64,000 nucleotides of DNA, taken from positions 117,986,001 through 118,050,000 of the forward strand of contig NW_026262690.1 in the NCBI RefSeq assembly GCF_021869535.1, given 5' to 3'. How positions within the stretch are numbered: position 1 is the stretch's first letter; each line of letters starts with the position of its first letter. The translations under genes were made by a program, and so were the position numbers. Below are positions 13,069-26,700 of this stretch, one piece after another. The stretch comes from Mytilus californianus (taxonomy: Eukaryota). The notes beneath the pieces were generated by a model. That model searched no databases and had not been told where the DNA came from. It saw nothing but the letters and a program-made list of their open reading frames with translations.

Positions 13069-14179
13069 GTAATGTGCGCGAAATAGCTGAATAAATAAAA
13101 GGCCCTGGATAACAAAATGTAGAAATATTAACGACAAGTTTTAAGAAAATAGCATTAGGTCCTAAACGAAAAAAATATTGACAAACGACACAATTCAGGG
13201 GCGGATTCAGGCCTCCAGGACAGGGGAGGAGTGTACTTGTCTGTAATGATAAAAATGGCGGCAGAATTTTGAGTTTTTATTTCGATCCCCTACGTACCCC
13301 TAACTTGTCACTGCAAATGTAATCTTAAACGATGTAATATATAAATAATACTAATTTAATTTAAGACATTGTATGAGAGTACTCACACTCTATTCTAGTT
13401 AAAACAGTTTGTACTTAACATATAGAGCGTCGGGAAAAAAAGAACAATTTTAAACTGAATAAGTGACTTGCTGTTGAAAAAGACATTTCCAGGGTATACA
13501 TATATCATTTTCAGTGTTTTAGTTCTATCAACGAACGATCTTTGAATGAAGACTTTCATGTTCTAGCTTTTTCTACAAAATTTCAAATCATAATGGAATC
13601 TGCACTTTCGAAAATATCTGCACTTTCGAAAATATTCCATTTATCTGAGGCCTTGTGCCGTAATACGTAATTTGATTTAAATCCACAAAACCACCATATA
13701 AATCAGGCCATATAGAATACGGAAGTTGCATGTTTCACTTTAGCATTTAAATTTCAATATTTCTTTAATAGTAGTACATTTGTATATTTCTTGTTCAAAT
13801 AAAAAAAATGAATAAGATATCAACTTCTGCAATTTTTTTTAATCAGTTGACGATTGTCTATAAATTTAATACTAGTAGATCATGAGAGCACTATCTAACG
13901 ATTCACAACTGATTACGCAATACGAATTTTGGCTTAAAATTAATTTTAAAGATTTATAAATATTGGTATCAAATAATCTGATTTTGCGTCTCTAAATTAA
14001 GTAAAATTTTCACTCACTGTAAGTTTTAAAGGAATTAAAGTGTAAAGATGCTTTAGCAACGCCACCAGATATATATGGAAGAACACTCTGTTTTATCGCA
14101 TATAGAATGTTCAAAATGAACGCAAAAGCTCCTAAAGAGTCATAGAAATGAATAATACACAATTCATATGATTATAGTG

Positions 14180-14460
14180 CAAATACACTGATCCCTGCTC
14201 GATAGTACGGACTCTAAACAGAGATTGGTCAGGTTCCAAGGACATCGTTGTTCAAACTGTGAGTGAAACATTCGGACGATTTTTTGCATTTTGAAATGAG
14301 GAAGAAGATACCAAAACAAAAAAGTCGAGGAAAAAACATATATCATGTGTAAATTCAGGTGCTCCAAAAGGGTCAACAGTTCCTGGTCCACTAGCAACAC
14401 CTGTCGTGTTACTCTTGCTAAAATACGTTGATGACTCTTTATCTAACCATAATACTCAAG
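14180..14460 (+). pseudogene. Degenerate non-LTR reverse transcriptase fragment
   Basis: SGAPKGSTVPGP and KYVDDS resemble the RT motifs GVPQGSVLGP and (F/Y)xDD; the surrounding frames are broken. Confidence 0.45.
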
Positions 14461-14558
14461 ACATTACTAACTTCATAAATCATCTGTCATTTAAATTCTC
14501 TAATAACCCTAAAACTAAACTGAATATGAATTTCACAGTGTTTTGTCTATCTATTATA

Positions 14559-14673
14559 CTTCGTACTTTATTTGGTCGTTTTAACTTTTTGATTCGAGCG
14601 CCACTGATGAGCCTTATATATACAAAACGCTCCGGCGTACACAAGTTTAATCCTGGTATCTATGATGAGTTTA
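14559..14673 (+). mobile_element. Hammerhead-bearing repeat family F, decayed copy
   Basis: GAGCGCCA-CTGATGA (14604-14610)-G...C-AAAAC; GAAAC core mutated; ends TATCTATGATGAGTTTA like the other copies. Confidence 0.7.
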
Positions 14674-16364
14674 TGATAGTTACCAATACAATATACATAA
14701 ATGCTATAATTCGTCAAAATTGTCTTTCAAGCGCAATTATTTCTCTAAAGGGCCATTTTATGTTTTCTGTCTTAAAAAAAACCACATTTTTGTAGATCTT
14801 GTATTGCTGATCATGTTGACATTTACAGTGTTTTTCTTTCTTTTATAGTTTTCAAATTAATATAGGCAACACTAACTATATGCCCTCCTAATGTCTTTTA
14901 ATTATTTTAGTCGTTAGATTGCTGTCTTATGGGTGTATTCTTTTTATTCACAGCAAAGGAAAATAACTGTTACGGGGATTCATCTGATAATGTAAAAACG
15001 AAAAGTAGGTAGATCTTGACATTCGTAACTTTGTTTGTGTCTGTCAGTTATTCTATATATTTTATATATGCTCTATTAGGGTTTTCAAGCTATAAGACAA
15101 TCAATTATATTTTACTCCTATTTTCTATATATATTTTTAGCAACGGCGGTTAAGTTGGTTAATGGATCTTAGTATAATTCACAAACTTTTATATAGAGAC
15201 CCTAAAGATAAATCATGTAAGGGTTGTTTTGCATAGGTTCGGTAGTTTCGAATAAGAGGTTCGAAAATGTTTAGAACAGACGACGGACGACGACGAGTGC
15301 TACGTTTGTTACGTAAAGCACATCATAGTCTTTTAAATAGATGAGCCTAACAGAGGACTTTAGAAGGGATGACTTCAACTTTACGAGTATTTGTAACCCT
15401 AGCTTGGTTTAATAGTTTCGTAATAAGCAGCAAACCTCTAAAATGGAAACCATGATAGGAAACGCAAGCCTATATTATCGTTTCAAATGTGAGATATTTA
15501 CAACATATGTAGGGACGGCTGGAGTGTTTCTACAGAGAAGTGGAAAGTTACAATGAGAAAATTGAAACACCTTTTTTGTCGTAAAGTTAGTTCTCTACTG
15601 ACTCTCATTATTAGTATCTAGATGTCACAGGCATTGTCTCTTTAATATTAAAGTCTATAGACAACAAAAATTCAGAGACACGTGCCTGTGCTAGATGTGT
15701 GTAAAGATATGACGCATGTGTAGCAACATATCTGTGGTACCATTTGTTTTAAGTCCAATAGGATAGATGCTATCAAATAATTACCTAAGTGGGAATACAT
15801 CATCTATATAGCGGAATAAGTAGTAAAATTAAAATGCCAGCTTCTTCTTCAGAAGCTTTTCTGTACAAATTGTACGAGTAAGGAAACAATTCGACAGAAA
15901 GGCAGAGACATATATGTGGACATAATGAATGAAACAGATATGGTATCAATAAAAAAAAATCCAAGCATCACAGTTTCAGAAAGCATTTTGTTTGAATCAG
16001 TTGGTTTTTACTATGTATGATCTGTCCTTCCCAAAAGAAGATATTGGTTCAGCGTTGGTAATTTCTTTATGAAATAAAGTTGGACTAATTCTTTCAGTCT
16101 TCTTTTAAATTTAGGATAAAACAATATACTAGTGTATAGGGTAAGTGTTTTTGTTATTACAATTGCATTACACGATGAAAGAGGCTTAGATTGTCTGCAG
16201 TCTAACAGATCTTTGACTTTTGTTAGTACTCACATCTTATTAAAATCAAAATATTCAAAACCTGTTGTCACCAAGTGCAAGGGATATATCGAAATCTCAG
16301 CCTATCTGTGCAAGAAGCGTCCTGTTCAGATGTTTTGAATGCCTTTGAGAATATTAATGATACT

Positions 16365-16652
16365 GTACCCCTAATTTTGACATTTTTACCTATTATGTCT
16401 GTTTGTTTTGTTCACACATTGTTGTCAATATGATGGAATTTTTTTACGACTGTCATACAAGTGAGAGGTTTAGCTAGCTATAAAACCAGGTTTTATCCAC
16501 CATTTTCTACATAGGGAAATGTACCAAGTCAGGAAAATGACAGTTGTTTTCCAATCGTTTGATGTGTTTGAGCTTTTAATTTTGCCATTTGATAATGGAC
16601 TTTCTGATTTGAATTTTCCTTGGAGTTCGATATTTTCGTTATTTTACTTTTT
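16365..16652 (+). mobile_element. Interspersed repeat family A (...GCTAGCTATAAAACCAGGTTT...)
   Basis: Further copies at 24480-24682, 61845-62118 and, inverted and partial, 62540-62678. Confidence 0.85.
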
Positions 16653-16881
16653 TGTATTATTGTTGTTGTTATTGTGAGGTAAATAAGTTTGGTCTTCTTA
16701 TTTTTATATTAGAATATCTGTTTGCAAGGTCAATATCACAAAAATGTTCAACTTTACATCTCCAATTCAAATGAAATGTACAAAGTCATGTTAAACTAAG
16801 AACTTTTGAAAGCCTTCTAGGATATTTATGGTGGTGATTAAGTTATGAATGGCTGTCTGTAAGGACAAGTCAATATTTAAG

Positions 16882-17142
16882 ATTTGATTTGATTTTTGGT
16901 GTTTTAACGCCACTTTTAAGCACCGCTTTTGTGCTATTTCGTGGCGGTCAGTTTTTATTGGTGGAGGCAGCCGGAGTGCCCGGAGAAAACCACCGACCTT
17001 CGATAGGAAAACTGACAATCCTAGTCAATTAAGATTGGAGTCGAGTACACCCGCACGAGCGGGGTTCGAACTCACAATCTCAGTGTTGACTGGCTAGTGA
17101 TTACAGTAATAACTACTTAGACCACTCGGCCACCGAGGCCCC
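16882..17142 (-). mobile_element. tRNA-derived SINE with 11-bp target-site duplication
   Basis: Minus-strand head has box A TGGCCGAGTGG and box B GTTCGAACCC; core GGTTTTCTCCGGGCACTCCGG (Meta/MESC-like, from memory); (AAATC)n tail; TSD CAATATTTAAG at 16871-16881 and 17143-17153. Confidence 0.9.
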
Positions 17143-18448
17143 CAATATTTAAGTATATTAAGACTAATACCTGGATCTGGGGTATCATTGTTAGTTTTGC
17201 TGTTTCCTCTAAGTATGACATTGGGGTTAATTTTATCATAAATAGCTTTATTTTTTATTGTAGAAGTAGCAAATAACCATTTATGTTTGGAGATGCCATG
17301 TGCTCTCAGAGTTTCCAACTAGAATTTCATTTTTCCTTGACCTCATTTTCATTTTTGGATGACTTTTACCAGGAAGCTTCTCCATAATAATTGATTGAAA
17401 AAGTTGGTCATGGACCTTTTTCTAAGTTATTATGTAAAGTTTGTATCAGTTTAAGGGAAATCATAATGACAAGTCAATGATTTTTTGTGATAAGGTTAGT
17501 TTAAGAACCACTAATTGTAAGTCAATTTTAAGTCAATAAAATTTGTCTCATTTTCGTGGAGATTTTTTTACCCTGTCCACTTTTCCACCTCAGTCATGAT
17601 CCATTGACGTTTGCTTGGTTTCAAAATATTTTAAAAACAATTACAATTTCTAATTTAATGTAGCTGAGGTGTCTAAATGTTCAATAATAGATTTTTCTTA
17701 AACTTCTAAATCAATGTTCTCTCAAATATCAATATAAAAACTGGGGGTAATAAACCTTGTTTTTATATTGGTTATATAGGGGAAACTTGATGTTTCCTTA
17801 ATAAAGGAAACATTAAACGACAGAATTGGCTAAAATTCAATGAGATAATTGCTTTTTATTAATACTTCTGAAATATCAAATAAAAACAGGGGGTCACAGG
17901 CCTTGTTTTCTTGAAAAAAAAAAAAAAACTCAAATAGTCCTATAAAATTCAGTACATGTATAAAAGGATTTTTTTCTGAAAATTTTAAATATACTTTACG
18001 ACACCTAATTGTTTGATAGTTTAATCTTTAAATTTAAATTTTAGTTATTTTTGTTGTATAATGAACGATACTTGGTAAAATATTTTAAAAACAAAAAAGT
18101 ATGTTTGAAACATGCCCAGAAGGGATGCTCAGAAAAAGACAATCTATCTAGCTTAAACAAAATTTAAATGTCTTTAAGAATACAACTGCAAGGTAGGTAT
18201 GTTGTAGTGGGGTAGCATAAAACATTTAGGAGTAAGAGCAAAGACTAGTTAGTCTGAATAATAGCTTTAGTTATGGCCAGAGGAGAACAGTTAATTACCT
18301 GATGCAGGCCGATTTTCTGTTGAAAAAACATGTTTACCACCCATAAGAAATATATTGTCAGTTAAAACAACAAGCATCTAGACAAAGTCGGTTCCTTGTT
18401 TAAACATAGGTATAGATTATCAGGTTTTTTACCCAATGATATATATAG

Positions 18449-19695
18449 AATAATGGCATTTTTTTTGTTGATACTGATTTTATCAGCAAGAATATCAAGC
18501 TAGCCCGGTAGGGCGAGCTGATATTTGAGCTGATGAAGTCAGTATCAAAAATTAAAATTCCATTATTTTTTTTATCAGCAATTTGTCTTAACTGTATATT
18601 TTTTTAGTTGAGATTATGAAGTAAAATGAAATAATAAGAAAAACTACTTTTACGCGTACAAAATGTTGGGAAGCATTTCATTGATAAATTGATGCGGATG
18701 GACTTGAACATGTGACGTTGCTGCACTGATACATGACGTCATTGCTTAATATTTTCGAGTATCAAGTCCTGTCCATGATCTTAAAAATATTAGGCAGTAA
18801 GATCAAAGGGAAAATGTACAAATTGCCAATAAAGTAAAATAACAGCCACGAGCCACAATGTGAACTGTTTTGTTGAGGGAGCACAGAGAACAAGCAAAAA
18901 AGCTTCACATTGTGTAGAGCGGCTGATATTTAAGATCTCTGAGTAGAAAACCCGATAATCTGTTTAACTTTCTATTACTCACTATTCTTTTCCACCTCTT
19001 TTAAACAGTTTTACGCTTGACAAAAGTAAGCTTGATATCTTCTCACACATTGTGACTTCACTGATAACTTCTACTCACACATTGTGACTTCACTGATAAC
19101 TTCTACTCAGACATTGTGACTTCACTGATAACTTCTGCTCAGACATTGTTACATGGTTGATAATGTCTGCTCATGTCTCAATGTCTTGATACGAGGATTA
19201 CGACTACGCAGGGTGATATAGGCAAATGGGACAATAAAATGATTTATTATATACTTAGTGGTAAATACAGATAAATTGTATGTTTAATACAATCATTGAC
19301 AAACGTGCTGTATCAGCCACCCGTGATGATATCAATATCAGCACGGTTGCAAAGGCTTTATCACACCTTTAATCTGTATGACGTCACGTCATTGATTGCA
19401 GTCACTGTTGCAAAGGCTTTATCAAACCCCTAATCTGTATGACGTCATGTCAAACCTATAATCCGTATGACGTCATTTCAAACCTCCTTACCTGTATGAC
19501 GTCATGTCACATAAAAAACATCTACGTGAGGTATATGTATATAATAAAGTGTATATGATATGGCCTTTTCAATATCACACACCGTATCAACCTTCAACCA
19601 ATATAATCCCTCGAGCAGAGCTCTTGGGATTATATTGGTGTCTCGGGTTGATACGGGTGTGATATTGAAAAAGCCATATGATATTCTCTATTTAT
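18449..19695. mobile_element. Composite element with two long hairpins and internal minisatellites (class uncertain)
   Basis: Imperfect palindromes at 18449-18567 (~58-nt arms) and 19544-19695 (~67-nt arms); 32-bp array at 19042-19170; TGACGTCA repeats at 19379-19504. Confidence 0.5.
19042..19170. repeat. 32-bp tandem repeat, ~4 copies
   Basis: CTCACACATTGTGACTTCACTGATAACTTCTA-type units starting at 19042, 19074, 19106 and 19138 (last copy diverged). Confidence 0.9.
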
Positions 19696-19751
19696 CACTA
19701 TGACTTTAAGTGTAGAATAATAAAACTAAACACACATATTGAAGCAAAGGT

Positions 19752-19757
19752 TTTATT
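19752..19757 (-). terminator. Candidate SETD3 polyadenylation signal
   Basis: AATAAA on the minus strand about 1 kb after the SETD3 stop, just before repeat-derived DNA; not unique in this AT-rich region. Confidence 0.3.
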
Positions 19758-20727
19758 ATACAATTCCTTCATAAAAATTATTGCACAATCATGATAACAA
19801 TCCATCTTGCCACAGTAATGAAATACTTTAATAACACTTTTATTCATGGTTACAATTCATGATTTGTGGAATAAACTCCGATTCCTAAATTCTTCCTGAA
19901 ACTAATCAAAGCAAAATTCACCGTTTGTTGAACATTTTTGTTGTTTTTGAATACAAACATAAAAAAAAAAATTGCACACAAAAGTTTTGATTCAGGAGAT
20001 AGTTTATTTGAAGTCATGCATGGAATCAACTGTTGAAAGACTTTTTGTTAAACTTCTAAATAGTTTTATCAAATCGATATGAAATTACATTTGTACTTGT
20101 ATGAACTAACAAGTTTCTTTAACATAAAAGTTTTTGATTTTGGAAAAAATGGATTAACAAAACTAAATATGAACAAAACCAAAAATAAATTGGCATAGAT
20201 ATCTGATAAGAGATTTAAAAAGACATTTTGTTTTTGGAAGAAGATCTAACAAATTTTCTAGTGAAGTGTACATGTTTTTTCATTCACATTCTGATATACT
20301 ATATTTTTTAAAACTACTGAAACCATAATTTGTACATAATTGTTTTTATCAAGATTTTTGTGCCAACTAATAAAGAACTGCCTTAGATGAGTCCACTTGG
20401 TAAACATAATCACAATCTCTTGATAATATTTATAGCATGTCCTCACCCAAGTGTTCCATTAAGATGGTTTCACTGTACCCTGAAAGTAGTTTACAGGTAA
20501 TTTTTGTGATACAAATTTTCTCAGACTTCGTGGTCATTCAAAACTGCAAATTTTTTAACCCATTGAAATGCATATTCTCTATCAAACTGATTTTTCAATT
20601 AATTTTCCACAAACAATGAAATAAGTAACAACTAATTTAACCACTTCCCAGTGTTTGTATATTTGTAGCTGCTTATCTTGCTATATTAGATTTATTTTAA
20701 AATAAAATACACATTTTATAACGAAAC

Positions 20728-23700
20728 TTAAGTTCCCACATTTTCCTCTTTAGATTCAGTCTCTATGTTGTCCTTTGAATTTTGAATAATGTCACATTTT
20801 TTCTCAGTAGCAAATTTAACAGCGTTCTGCAGAATAATTTTCTCACATCTCCTTAACTGTATTATAAATAGTTTATTGTCTGGTATACCAGATTCCATTA
20901 ACAGATTGGTATCCTCCTGTAATAAAAACAGAATATATAAGACACAGAATAAAGAAAGATGTGTAAGAAACAATATGATACTGTTTCATTTATATCGCTT
21001 CACAATTTGTCATGGAAAATAATTTTACCCTCAATCATAGAAAATAGGTCCAATTTGCCCCTGGATTCCCTCAGGTTTCAGTAAACAAGAGAGGCTGCAC
21101 CATAATGACAGGTCTTGTAATAATAGAGATAAAAATCTGTAATGTTGGACATCAACATGATATCACAGATCAGTTATACAAAATATGTTCTTTTCCTGAA
21201 GTTTTCAGATGAATTAAGAATATCCTAGTATTTCAGCAAACATTTAGTCAATAATGAAAGAAAGTTCATTAACATGATTCTATTCTGTAATAAACAGCTG
21301 CGCCATGAGCGCATGATACGCCCGTCGTCTTGTGTGTGAATTTTTATGCAATAAGCATAAATAGTTTCTGACATACGGCGTGACATGCAAAAACCCCCCT
21401 TTTTTTTTTACAAAAAACTCAATATCTCTAAAATAAAATTTTGAATCAAAACCAAAAAGTATACAGATCTTTAGATTAATATAACTAAGAAGTGTGTAAA
21501 ATTTTAAGCAATAATCATAAATCGTTTTTGAGATATGGCGCGACATGTGAAAACCCCCCCTTTTAAAAAAAAAAAAATCAATATCTCAAAAATAAGATCT
21601 TGTATCAAAACCAAAAAGTATACAGATCTTTAGATTAATATAACTAAGAAGTGTGTAAAATTTTAAGCAATAATCATAAATCGTTTTTGAGATACGGCGC
21701 GACATGTGAAAAACCCCTCCCCCTTTTTTTACAAAATACTCAATAACTCAAAAATAAAATTTTGAATCATCACCAAAAAGTATACAGATCTTAAGGTTAA
21801 TATAACTAAGAAGTGTGTAAAGTTTTAAGCAATAATCATAAACTGTTTTTGAGATACGGCGCGACATGTGAAAAACCCCTCCCCCTTTTTTAACAAAATA
21901 CTCAATATCTCTAAAATAAAATTTTGAATCATCACCAAAAAGTATACAGATCTTAAGATTAATATAACTGAGAAGTGTGTAAAGTTTTAAGCAATAATCA
22001 TTAACTGTTTTTGAGATACGGCGCGACATGTGAACAAAAACACACACCTGTTTTAGTTACTAAGTCCCGTAACTCAAAAAGTTTTAATCTTATTTTCACC
22101 AAAAAGTATACAGATCGTTTGACCATCATAAGAAACAACTATGTTAAGTTTCATGAAATTTGGATAAGTCATTCTCAAGTTACGGTGCGACATGTTAACG
22201 CCAGACAGACAGACGGACGGACCCCGGACATTTGTATACCATAATACGTCCCGTCAAAAATTTGACGGGCGTATAATAAAAAAAAGTTAAAAAATAATAA
22301 CACTATCATACCTCCGCTGTGGTATCATAAGCCCTCAGTAACAATGCCAGTCTTGTTTCTAAAAATTTCCACAATTTTTCTTCATTCTCCACATTAATTG
22401 GTGTGTTGACATCACCCATCTTTTCTAGGTCTTCTTCTGTCATGTTCTCACAGTCATAACAGGAGATTTCATCTACAATAAAGTCAATTACAATAAAGTC
22501 AGCAACACCCTTTAGACATTTTATGGAAAAAATATATTAAATTCTATAGTTACTTTACATTTTCAAAATGTCTGTGCTGTTGAAAACAAAAATAGTTTGA
22601 AATCTTCAGGACATATATCTTTCTTAAATTGCTTTTCTTAATTTCCCTTACCTCACAATACGTAGATATGCTCAAAATCTAATGCAGTATTTTTAATGCC
22701 CAAAATCCAATGCTTGTATTTTTAATGCTCAAAATCTAATACTGTATTATCAAACTAAAAAATACAAGATCAGAACAATATTGAAATAACTTATTACGAA
22801 CGAATACAGCATTATGGATCGAATTCCCCTATATAGATATGTAAAACTTACCTTCCGTCATATTAAATACTCTAAGAAAAGATACAAGGTGTGGATCTAC
22901 AGGGATTTCCCCTGAGTAAATAAAGAACATTCTGGACCTAAAAAATACAAAAATACATATAACAATGTTATTCCTTTGTCAGCATATACAGTGTTTACTT
23001 ACTGTATGCTGTCTTGAGCTTATAGTGAGGTGAAAGCTACCCTGAGATGAAGAACAGCAATAAAAGCTCTGTTCCTTTACTTTTGGTTTCTTTTCTTGTG
23101 TGTGTTTTGATTTTGTGTCATGAATTTATAAACTATATCCTTATTTTCATGACTTACTTAAACCATATCCTGTTTTAAGTGGAGTCATAATGAAGCATGA
23201 AAGCAACCTATAAACCCTGTTCAACTTGACATGTTTCTTCATGAGTACAATTAATAGTAGTTTTGAAAAGTGCTTTTCTGGGGTACTTTATGTTTGCTCC
23301 TCTCTAGGCAATTGAACATATGTACTTCCTATATTCATGAAACCACTCCCCCTTATATAAAAATGTAACTGTCATTATAATCTGTTTAATAAAGTAAAGT
23401 ATATTCTTCATTTTGGGTTAACTATAAACATCTTAATCTTTACTTACGGAGCTAAACCAAGAGCTGTTAATAATTTGGTTTTTTTGTCAATAAGGCTATC
23501 ACTTTTACTAATTCCTGAAAAAAAATCCTTACTTGATTTAATCATAAATTTTAAAGAGGTAAGCTGCTGAATTCACAATAATAACATTTTCATAAATTAA
23601 GTATTTCTACAACATTAGAAGATTACAAAATTATGGTTACATAAGGATAAGTGTAAATATAAAAATAAGAAGATGTGGTATAATTGCCAATGAGACAACT

Positions 23701-26700
23701 CTCCACCAGAGACCAAATAACATAGAAGATAACAACTATAGGTCACTGTATGACCTTCAACATTGAGCAGAACATTAATATAATGGAATATGTAGACAGC
23801 TCTCTCACAAGCAAAAAACCCTAACTGTAAAATATAAGGGCATACACTACAGGTACGGGGACACATTCTACTGCATCCACACAGCATGAGTAACAAACCC
23901 TGTTGTAAATATAAAAATAAGCATTGGATAAATCAGAATTTTTGTCGGGGGAAAAAGATGTCTCTGGATTTTTCATATGAAATATAAAAAAAAACATATA
24001 CTGTGGATTCAGTTATTTTCGTGCTGCCAATTTTCATGGATAGAAGAACATTACATTTTCTTTGATACTAAATTTCATTTTTGTTGTTAAAAAACTTTGG
24101 AAGCTGTCATTGTCAAACACAAAACTTTTAACAGTGTATGTTAACCCTTCATAATTATCATATAAGTTCATATATCATGTATATTATTTAACACTAAATT
24201 ACAACTATTCAACTTTGTTATCCCATAAAATATACCTAATTTAATAGCTGTTCTATCCATATCATTCTCTGGGTAAACAAATCCATTATGTACTAGTAAC
24301 TCAGCATTTGATCTGGCCCCATAAAATATACTGATCTGGAAACCACAAGAGGTATACATAGTTATTCTAATAACACAAAATTCAGTCCATATGAAAATGT
24401 GCTTCATTATAGGAACAAGTCAGAAACTCCTTCACACTGAACTATGTTTATTGACATCAATAAGTACACAATAGCGACAATACACTGTCATACAAGTGAG
24501 AGGTTTAGCTAGCTATAAAACCAGGTTTTATACATAAGGAAATGCCTGTACCAAGTCAGGACTATGATAGTTGTTTTTTTCCATTCGTTTGATGTGTTTG
24601 AGCTTTTGATTTTGTCATTTGATAACGAACTTTTCATTTTTATTTTTCCTTGGAGTTTGGTATTTTTGTTATTTTACTTTTATTATCAATAAGTACACTA
24701 TATAATCAATAAGTACACTATATAATCAATAAGTACACCATGTCATCAATAGATGCACTACACTGTATGACATAAACAAGTACACTATGTCTCCAATTAT
24801 GTAGTAAATTGTAATGAATATAGGATGATATTACAAATTTACAAATGAAATACTTTAAGAACCATGCATAATGGAAGTTCATAATGTACACTTTATAAAT
24901 TGTAACTAGAGAGGGGGAGATACCAAAGGGATATTCAAACTTATAAGTCAAAAAATAAAATGACAAAGCCATGTCAGAAAACGAAAAAAAAAACAAGAAA
25001 AAAACAAGAAAAGACAAATAACAGTCTACAAAACAAAACAGAAAACAATATCTGAGCAACATGAACCCTACCAGAAAGGGTGATCTATAAATGGTAAAAT
25101 GTTCAATACTGTAAATTCAGAAATTATTGTGAATAATGCTATTGGGCGAGTATCGCAATAATAAGAACTCGCATTCTGATATCTGATCCATATATCTTAA
25201 TGGACATTTTCCTGAAATCGCAATAATTAATCTCGCATTTTTGTACATACTTCAAAAATAGCAATAATAAATGCACACAGTAATTTGTGAATTTACAGTA
25301 TTTCATAGATGCCAAGTTTCCAGATATTGGTTGGACCCTCCAAATATTTTTTCCCAACATAAGAACACATGATCATCACATGCTTGTATATTTCACAAAT
25401 AACGTTTTTATCATATTTAACATAGTTGTCCCAGGAAAGTAGAGAACAAAATTTCCATCAAAAATCAAGAAAGTTGATCTAAAATAATCCTGTATAATAT
25501 CATTTCAAAATCAAAATTATGTCATCACCAAGTAAAGTAGCATTTTCATACATTTATTCCATAATGTTGTTAGCACTTGAATATTTTTTAAAAGCCAAAT
25601 CATATTTCCCCACCTGCAAGGGTACAGAGATAATAACAAGCAAGGTAAATAATTTATCATAGTAATTATCAATATGTTGACTGCCATGACAGAAGACATG
25701 TTACTCTAGCATTGTAATGGTATTAGTTGTTCATTGAAGATCTTTAAGAAATACTCTTGAAAAAGAACAGCAATAAAAGGGATATATGTATAGGATAAAA
25801 ACATGTAAGATGTTTGTTTGTTCGTGTTTAAAGCCATTTTCAGCACACTTAGCAATATCATGACATCCAGATTTTATTTGTGGCGGACACCATAATACCC
25901 TAAGAGAACCAACGACCTTTTGCAGGAAAACTAGCAACCCTTGTGAATTAAGAACAGGTTCGAAAAAACAAACTTTTTCTTTTGAACTCACAACCTTAAG
26001 AGTTGACAGGCTAGTGATAACTGTATATGAACAACTGAGACAACTCAGCCACCAAGGCCCCTCAGATAATACCCATGTGCGAGATGATATATCAGTGAAA
26101 CAACAAGCCTACAACACACTTTCATTGCATGTAAATAGATGTGATAGTGTTTAAAAATTATCCAGATAATATTGTCTGATGTATATCCACCCGACATCCC
26201 ATCTTTCTTCCTAAATAGTAAGTTTGCTCACCTGTTCACCTTGTTTAAATTCCTTCAAAGCAAAACAGTCACTGCAGTCTGATTCTAAGTTGTAATCTGT
26301 TGTTATCTGAAAATTGATTGTTAAAACAGTGTTTCATTTATCTAATAAAATAAAATAATAACAAAATATTATTGAGAAACAGTGTAGTCCCATGCAAAAG
26401 AAAATTTCTGAGGTGGCCTTTTAAAATCTATCCCCAAAACAACAATTTTTTTTTCTTGTTTGTCTGTCACATAGATTATTAGAGGGATTTACAGCATCTG
26501 AGCTGAAATTTTTGCCCTCAAAATCCTACATAACCTACTATGCAGAGTAGACATAAAATTATCTATGCATTGAGCTGGTTTAATCCAATCAATATTCATG
26601 TACCTGTACCTGTCCCATAACTGGAACATAAGAAAGTTGTAATCTCTATTAAATTGTTTAAACTATTTAGCCATGTCCCAAGGTTATGCCCCATCCCTAC

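Noticed and set aside
17040-17142. tRNA gene
   Set aside because: The tRNA-like boxes are the head of a TSD-flanked SINE; no proper cloverleaf or acceptor stem.
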